Source of the DNA: Octopus sinensis
Taxonomy: Eukaryota
DNA length: 64,000 nt
Assembly: GCF_006345805.1 (NCBI RefSeq)
Contig: NC_043013.1
Coordinates: forward strand, 58,280,001-58,344,000
Direction of reading: 5' to 3'
The notes beneath the pieces are model-generated. The model saw only the letters and a program-made list of their open reading frames with translations, ran no database searches and was not told the DNA's origin. The position numbers were made by a program, and so were the translations under genes. This document shows, in pieces, positions 56,517 through 64,000 of this stretch; the first letter of the stretch is position 1; each line of letters starts with the position of its first letter.

Positions 56517-56974
56517 TTAATTTACATTATACATATGCTTACGTGCAAACAGACACACATATAACTATTTTATCATACATATAAATATATGCATATGTGT
56601 ATTTATGTGTGTCTGTGTGTGTATGTGTGTGTGTGTGTGTGTGTGTTCCATGTTGTTCCCACTGCAGTTCTAGTTATGGTAGCGGCGCTAAAATTTGTTC
56701 AGTTATTATTGTTACTATATTGCTGTTACTGGTGTTGCGGCTGCTGTTGTCGTTCTGATTGCCTTAGTTATTGTTTTGGTAGAGTTCCTTGTTATTGTAG
56801 TTTCACTCCCATTGCTGTAATTGCTGTTGGCTATTGCCAGACCCATCTGACATGATTTCCCTATGAACTCTTCTCACTGAATGACTTCAACAAGCAAAAA
56901 AAAAAATAATTTCACGGCCAATTTGTGGAAAACTTGAAAACATTGTTTATAACGTCACACAATTTAACAAACTC

Positions 56975-57011
<37 letters not shown>

Positions 57012-57335
57012 TCAAGTTAATTTTGCTATTTGCGTCATTAGATAGAAACGTCGAAGTGCGCATGCGCCAAAAAGCATTCAGCCAATCACAGTTTGTTGAT
57101 TTATATTACTTATTATTTTTTCTTGCAGCCTTCTCCGCTTACATCCTTCTATTGGATATATCTCCTCTCTCTCTCTCTCACACATAAATGTATGTTTTTA
57201 TAATATATATATATTATATATATATATATACGCGTATATATATATATATATCCGTATATATATATATATATATATAAATACATATATATATATACGTATA
57301 CACGCACCTATATATATATATATATATTATATATA

Positions 57336-57396
<61 letters not shown>

Positions 57397-59799
57397 GACA
57401 CATAAATATATAGATTTGTATGTATATGTGAATATAGGTATATAAATATGTAGGTATATAAATCCAGACACACAAACACACACACACATATATTTATATA
57501 TATACACACATATATGTGTGTACAGACACATACATACACATCATTAAAGCATATGTATATGTCTGTATAAAATAGTTAATGTACATGGTAGAAGATGAAG
57601 AAATGAAGAGAGCTGTTCATCACCGAGCTTTTCGTATTGTAAGGCTGGAAATAGCTGAAGAAGAGATATTTGCTGTAGATTTTTATACTACATTATATTA
57701 CAGTTGCGATGCAATATGGTATGGGTCGCTGCCCACCTGATCGATCTCTTAGAAACATCATTAGCCATCCACCATCATGTAAAGTAACTGAAACTCTAGA
57801 TAATCTAATTATGGACAAAAGAACAAGATTCCGGTGTTTCGGAGCAACAATGACATTCACTCTACAAATTCTTGACCAAGGCTGACCGGTACATAACAAA
57901 CAGAACTATTTAGCAAAATCCCAGTTTAAACTTGTATTCTTATCTGAGTAATAGCTCAGTGACTGGACAGAGTATATCAGCTGGTAGATGGGCGAATGTG
58001 TTATGCATTATTAACAACATATTTCATCAACATTCATTAAATAAAAAACTGATTGGATCTTGTTTTATTCTCCAGACTTCTAGAGAAACAACGACAACCT
58101 TAATGGCAAGGTGATGCTGACAAGCCACGTGACAAAACTGCCAGTCAAGAACAGGATCGATTACTCTCGCGAATTGTCACCGATTTTGTGTCTATAGAAC
58201 TTCCTTTGGAACCGTTTGATCAACCCGAGTCTATGAGACAATGTATCTGCACGAAGTGTTCGGCAGCGGTTTTCATCCTAAGCAACGTTTGATGGGTCCA
58301 AATACGGAAGCCGATTGATTATAAAGGCATGACTATTGAGCAGAGAAAAAAGACAGCTTTACAAGCATACAACTCTGCTATAAAATCGTTAAATAACTTA
58401 TAAGAATTCGTTGGCAAGAATCTATGGCTCCAAATAAAAGAGAAACAGCCAGAACTAAATAGAATATAGATAGTTGAAGCCTGAACGTAATCCACACGGA
58501 AAGCAAACAAGGGGAAAATTGGAGGAAAAACACGTAGATTACTAATTTTCTTTAGACTATTCATTCCAGTAATATCAAGTTTACGCAATTGATTTTTTTT
58601 CTAATCTAACCATGTACAATCTATGATGTCAGTGGTAAAAGTAAAACTAAAAATCAATGCCTCTTAAAGTTAACGCTATGGATTTATCCGTATATCTTGT
58701 CAGACAGCAGAAAATCTCCAAATCATTCACAAATTCAATACCGAAACTTGTCAAAATAAAATCAATCAAATCACTATTACCTAATTGAATACACCCGTTT
58801 TCATCGCTTCTGTTTTAGTGAGGTTTAACTTTTTATCATTTTAGTTGCACTTGTAAACCTATAAAAAATGTTTCATTGTTAATTGAATACAAAACGAGAA
58901 TAATTTCCTTGTTTTTAATTCACGTGACAAACTTATATAAGGACGCTTTGTGGGGGTTTTTTTTGGTCTTCCTGTCACATCTCCAGAAATTTCTAGGGAA
59001 GCCATACTCACATTTTGCTGATATCTCTTAGAGTACACCTCCCTCATAACCAAGTAAAAGCAAACAACACATAAAATAAATGTGCTCGATAGTTCTTCAG
59101 GACAGTTGCAAGTTTGCAGCAAAAATCAGCAAGGCCAAGTAGAAAATTTCAGAGGGATACAGTTTTGGTGTGAAAGAAGTGAGCAAAATAGTTAATGCAG
59201 TGATTTGGGAAAATGACCATATTGGCGGCAAATGGAGAAAATATGAGTGTGGAGCGGCAATAATGAGATGGAACAGAATTTGCAGGAGACCAACAACTTC
59301 TATTTAATATTGTCCATTGTTGTAGAAAATGCAGAGTGAGGACGGACCTTTGATTGAAGTTCTTTGGTGAGTGATTTTTGTTTTACTGCAATCTTGGATG
59401 TTCTTTTGTCCGCTACCTGCATTGATTCTGATATGGGTGCAGCATTCTACATCTCATAGATGAAACTGCAATGAATATTTGATACCAATTTCATCAATGC
59501 TGGAGAGAGCCATTGAAAAGTGAAGCCAACTCTCGATTGACTAATAAGGTTGAAGAACAAGCATTACTGATACGAGAATTATTTAATCCAACTTTCACTG
59601 GCTCTTGTATCTCCGATTAACTCATCAACATTTGATTTTCGGAGTAAAGAGGGCCGGGCGTTTATGGATCATTAAAATTAATAGTAGTAATAGCAGCAGC
59701 AGTCGTTTGGTGTTTTGTAAAGCTCGGTTAATTTTACACAACGGTAAAATACTTTGTAATATGATGTTAATCATAGAAGCATACTTTTTACTGTAATTT

Positions 59800-60012
59800 T
59801 GGTTTCAAATTTTGCCATAAGGATAGCCATTTTGGGGAAAGGGATATGCCTATTACATTGATCCAAGTGTAGAACTAGTACTTAATTTATCGCTCCCGAA
59901 AGGATGAAAAGCAGAATCGACCTAGGCGGAATCTGAACTCAGAACGTAGCGACGGGCGATATACAACTATGCACTTCGTCCACGGTGCTAACGACTCTGC
60001 CAGCTCGCTGCC
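59800..60012 (-). mobile_element. SINE family A
   Basis: Head and core as in other copies. Confidence 0.85.
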
Positions 60013-60062
60013 TTATTTTTATTGTAATATTCATCTGTAATTGCATTCGTTTTCTTATTCAG

Positions 60063-60152
60063 ATTGGATGGACAATGTCATACAAAGTAATCACAGCTTA
60101 GAGATTCGAACGGACTACGTGTTGCCCGAGCGCCTGATACAAGACAAGCATG
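60063..60152 (+). CDS. Candidate internal exon (90 nt, phase 1-1) of an unidentified host gene
   Basis: Acceptor ttcgttttcttattcAG, open frame (D)WMDNVIQSNHSLEIRTDYVLPERLIQDKH(G), donor G|GTTAAT; non-repetitive sequence. Confidence 0.4.
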
Positions 60153-61200
60153 GTTAATTGTAACCTGTCACCTCTTATATTATGTATTACATAATATCAC
60201 ATTTAGTGAGGGCGGAGAATGAATTGAATGGTTCGTTTATCACAATAGCATCTCCAAATAATAGTACTGGAACATAATCAGGCGCAACTTGGAATTGAAA
60301 TCTTCTCGCAGATGCAGCCTGATTAGAGCTTACATATACTTTTAATGTTCAACACTTATATCATTAACTGAATTATTTTCTCTTTCGTATTTTGTTTAAG
60401 TGAAACCTAATTATCGGAAGGAGATTGCTAGCAATATTATTATCAAATGCGACCCTTCAATGTTTTGCTTAGATTTGTTTACGTTACTTTTGTCATTCCT
60501 CTTTATTCGTAGATATTCGATTTAAAGCTGCAATATATACACCTACTGCAATATATACACCTGAACTCGTTTAAAAGAGAATGTTCAGTTACAAATTAGT
60601 GCTAAACCTACATTCTCTATAAATCTGATTATTTGAAGCCTTAACATAAACAACAGGAAAATTGAAATAAATTTTTTCCACGCTATCAATTTATTATTAG
60701 CTTTGTCTCACCTACTAAATTTATGCGTTGACTTTCTTCCTAATAAAACCGTAATATTAAAGAAAACGAGACAAAGAAATATAAAGACAAAAAAAAAACA
60801 AATATCTTTCCACACTCAAAATGGCAGACATATCTTGCATATAATTTTTCTTTTTCAAACCGAGCGCTAAACTAATTCAATCAAAACTAATATGTATTGT
60901 AAGAAGTAAGCAATGGCAAACAGCAGAAATATTCCCTTTGAACAGGTTTCTATTAAATTACGGTGCGTAATAGTCAAGCTGAAGCAGTAACAGAAAAATA
61001 TAAATACAAATTAAAAATCTCGCATATAAATCTGACCTCAGTCTTATTAGTAATAATGTCGCGCGAAATCGGTGCTGATATTATCTAATTGTATTGTATA
61101 TGAACGGTAACATACGATTAGCAGACAGCACAACAAAGTGAAGATTTATTGCTCAGCTGCGCAAGTAGCATATGCATCTGCTGATCTATCAATGAAAGTC

Positions 61201-61237
<37 letters not shown>

Positions 61238-61260
61238 TTCATTTGGGTTAGAGTCCATGC

Positions 61261-63999
61261 TCAGGCCAAGTCGAAGACTCCACCCTCAGAGTCTGGTGTG
61301 GTTGCCAGGTTGTATTCTCTGCTTAAATTTGACATGTGTAGGAGCGAGTTTGAGTCAGTTTGTGCTCGTTGTGTATATCCTGGGAGATGGGGTTCATCTC
61401 TAATGGTGCTTAAGTATCTATCCAGTTGCAATTTGAATGATTCCACACTGCATCCTGATAGATTTCTGACATGTACCGGAATGGAGTTGAACAGTTGTGC
61501 TCCTCGAACCAACAGACTTGATTCTCGCAGGGTTTTTGCTGCCTGGCCAGCCTTTTTGTTGATTGGTGGCAGCTGGCAGCGTCTTCCGTGGCGCAGTGAG
61601 TGGTAGGTTTTGATACCAAAGTTTGGCACCTTCTGCTCTATCATTTTCCAAATGTATATAATTCGGTATCGCTCAAATCTTCTTTCTATTGAGTACATCC
61701 TCAAGGTTTTGAGTCTTTGCCAATAGTCCAGGTCCCTCGTTTCTGAGAAGTATGAGGTAAAATTTCTTTGGAGCGATTCTATCTTAGATAGTTGGCCCTT
61801 TGTTGTTGGTGACCACAACTGAGAACAGTAGTCAATCCTCGGAAGTATCATACTGTTCCAGAGGGTTTTCATTGTTGAGGTATCTCTTGATTTGAAGGTG
61901 CGCAAGATCCACCCGCTGTACTTTCTTGCAGTAAGACAGACTGAGTCAAGGTGTTCTCTGAATTTTAGGTTGGTTCCCATGTGGATGCCTAAATCTTTCA
62001 CATACTGTTTTTCCATTATTTGTTGTCCTGATGGGTTTCTGTAGTTTGTTGTATTTTTCAGATCTTGATCTGTTCCGTAGCGAATTAGTTCAAACTTCTT
62101 ATCATTGAACAACATGTTGTTTGTTTCCTGCCATTTATATATGGTGGTCAGGTCCTTTTGTAAGGCCTCTGTATCCACCTCGTCTTTGATTTGTCTCATG
62201 ACCCTGGTGTCATCAGCAAAGGATGAGACGTTGCTGGTTGTATCTTCATCTATGTCAGAGATGAGGATGAGAAACAGGATTGGGCCGAGTACTGTACCCT
62301 GAGGAACACTGCTGGTCACAGGTGATGGTGTTGAATGGGTTCCATTCACAGTGACTGTTTGAGTTCTATTTGTAAGGAACTCGTTTATCCATGTACCAAC
62401 TTTTCCTCCTACTCCTAGCTTTCGAAGTTTGTGACCCAGGATGCCATGATCTACCTTGTCAAATGCCTTGGCAAAGTCGAGGTAGATAACATCTGTGTTG
62501 TATCCATTCTCTAGATTTTCTAGGATTTGGTCATGGTGTGCCAGTAGTTGGGAAAGGCATGATCTACCTAACCTGAATCCATGCTGGTTGCAATTCATCA
62601 GATTGTTGGATTCCAGGAACTCAACCAGTTTTCCACAAACTATTCTTTCGAAGACCTTGATAATGTGTGATGTCAGTGAGATTGGTCTGTAGTTCTTTGG
62701 TTTTGATTTGCTATCCCCTTTATGTATTGGAGTTATGTGTGCTTCTTTATATGTATTTGGTATTTTGCCATTCTCCATAGATTCCCTCCATATCATGTAA
62801 AGGGGTTTCGACAATTGTGCCTTGCAGTTTTTAAGTATCATGGCATTGAAACCGTCAGGCCCCGCAGCCGAGTGCATGGAGAGCTTGTCTATTGCTCTTG
62901 CTATGTCTTCTGGGTTGAAATCAATGTCGGATAGGGTAGGTTTAGTATGGTCGATATCCTTGAAGAATTTTCCTGGGTCATGGATCTTCATGGTTTTAGA
63001 TGGCTCACTGAAGACACTTTCATACTGTTGACCCAACATTTCTGCCATTTCAATAGGGTTATTCACTACATCCCCATTTTGTCTCTGGAGAGGTCCTATT
63101 GTTGACTTGGTGTTCGAGTATTTCTTTGCAAAACTGTAGAAACATTTTGGATTTTTCTTGATGTTTTCTATGGCTTTCTTTTCTGCATTGTTACGTTCTT
63201 CATCATAGTGTTGTTTTAGATTGTCTTCTAATCTGTATATTTGGTCAAGGACTTTCTGTAATTCATGGTTTGATGTCAGCTTAGATGTTTTGTTTCTTAG
63301 TCTTGACCTTTTGCGCATCAGGATCTTTCGCTCCCGTGGTACAGGTTTTTTTGTGGACTTGGTTTTCTTTAGAGGAACATTTTTTTCACATATTTCTTCG
63401 ATCTTGTTTAAGAATTTCTTGTGTTTATCTGGCCCAGTAAGGTAGAGATCCCAGTCAATGATTTGTAACTGGTTGTTAATAGTTTCCCAATTTGCCTGGT
63501 GATAATCATACCTGCATAGCTTTGGCATGTCCTTTTGTTTAAGAGTTGTGGCATTGGGCTCATTACCAATGTGTAAATGCATTTCAATAATATTGTGGTC
63601 TGAAAGGATTGTTGGGGTTGAGTGAAGGTCAAATAGCGTGTCCTCGTTGTTGGTGAAAACCAAGTCGATCGTATTATTATTTCTTGTTGCTTCTGTCATC
63701 ATTTGTTTGAGGTATAATTTCTCTGTGACTTCCAACAGTTTGGCTGCCTGTATTTGTTCAGCTTTTGTCCCCAGTTTTAGTATGTGTCCATGTGGCCAGA
63801 TGATGTTAGGGAAGTTGAAGTCACCAAGGAGGATAATGTCTGGCATTGGACTTGCCATGTTTCCCAGAATTTGTTGGAGCTTCGTCAGTGGCTCAGTGAA
63901 GGATAATGTTGGGCTGTTTGGCGGTCTGTACATTATTGTTACAACTGTATTAAGTTGGATGATTTTTATGCACAGCAGGTTGCAGTAGGCATTTGATTC
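61261..63999 (-). CDS. CR1-clade LINE ORF2 (APE endonuclease plus reverse transcriptase), uninterrupted and open beyond the window edge
   Basis: 890-aa ORF plus 22 further open codons to the edge. EN motifs YRPP, GDFN, DLVF, SDH; RT motifs GPDG, NYRPISL, QHGF, YLDFAKAFD, VPQGTVLGP, FADDT. About 25-nt 3' UTR, then (AT)n. Confidence 0.95.
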   Translation of the reverse strand, partial: ESNAYCNLLCIKIIQLNTVVTIMYRPPNSPTLSFTEPLTKLQQILGNMASPMPDIILLGDFNFPNIIWPHGHILKLGTKAEQIQAAKLLEVTEKLYLKQMMTEATRNNNTIDLVFTNNEDTLFDLHSTPTILSDHNIIEMHLHIGNEPNATTLKQKDMPKLCRYDYHQANWETINNQLQIIDWDLYLTGPDKHKKFLNKIEEICEKNVPLKKTKSTKKPVPRERKILMRKRSRLRNKTSKLTSNHELQKVLDQIYRLEDNLKQHYDEERNNAEKKAIENIKKNPKCFYSFAKKYSNTKSTIGPLQRQNGDVVNNPIEMAEMLGQQYESVFSEPSKTMKIHDPGKFFKDIDHTKPTLSDIDFNPEDIARAIDKLSMHSAAGPDGFNAMILKNCKAQLSKPLYMIWRESMENGKIPNTYKEAHITPIHKGDSKSKPKNYRPISLTSHIIKVFERIVCGKLVEFLESNNLMNCNQHGFRLGRSCLSQLLAHHDQILENLENGYNTDVIYLDFAKAFDKVDHGILGHKLRKLGVGGKVGTWINEFLTNRTQTVTVNGTHSTPSPVTSSVPQGTVLGPILFLILISDIDEDTTSNVSSFADDTRVMRQIKDEVDTEALQKDLTTIYKWQETNNMLFNDKKFELIRYGTDQDLKNTTNYRNPSGQQIMEKQYVKDLGIHMGTNLKFREHLDSVCLTARKYSGWILRTFKSRDTSTMKTLWNSMILPRIDYCSQLWSPTTKGQLSKIESLQRNFTSYFSETRDLDYWQRLKTLRMYSIERRFERYRIIYIWKMIEQKVPNFGIKTYHSLRHGRRCQLPPINKKAGQAAKTLRESSLLVRGAQLFNSIPVHVRNLSGCSVESFKLQLDRYLSTIRDEPHLPGYTQRAQTDSNSLLHMSNLSREYNLATTPDSEGGVFDLA

Positions 64000-64000
64000 A

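Noticed and set aside
59326-59366. 41-nt micro-exon candidate (AG|...KMQSEDGPLIEVL...|GTGAGT)
   Set aside because: Good splice motifs, but too short to distinguish from chance, and its phase does not join the 60063 candidate.

Overview
AT-rich eukaryotic non-genic or intronic DNA, very dense in microsatellites and transposon debris. The SINE families and repeat composition point to an octopus or other coleoid cephalopod (inference). No host gene could be identified; there is one plausible 90-nt internal exon at 60063-60152. Most ORFs in the supplied track are microsatellite artefacts. The real coding remnants are retroelements and one DNA transposon: R4/Dong-like RLE non-LTR elements sitting in (TAA)n tracts, Penelope-like elements (PLE; RT thumb and GIY-YIG pieces), a Tx1/L1-like RT, an RTE-like 5' UTR, a mariner remnant, and a CR1-clade ORF2 that is open for at least 912 codons and runs off the right edge. 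The most interesting signal lies between 8 and 37 kb: about a dozen type I hammerhead ribozyme (HHR) motifs from at least eight unrelated sequence families. Five have an intact core, and most sit in PLE-type inverted or partial-tandem repeats. One lies directly behind a tRNA-derived Pol III head. Other notable structures are a nested hairpin-in-hairpin at 20.3-24.6 kb, a SINE split by a PLE insertion, and an apparent locally templated 11-nt insertion. All motif calls were made by eye; no searches were run.
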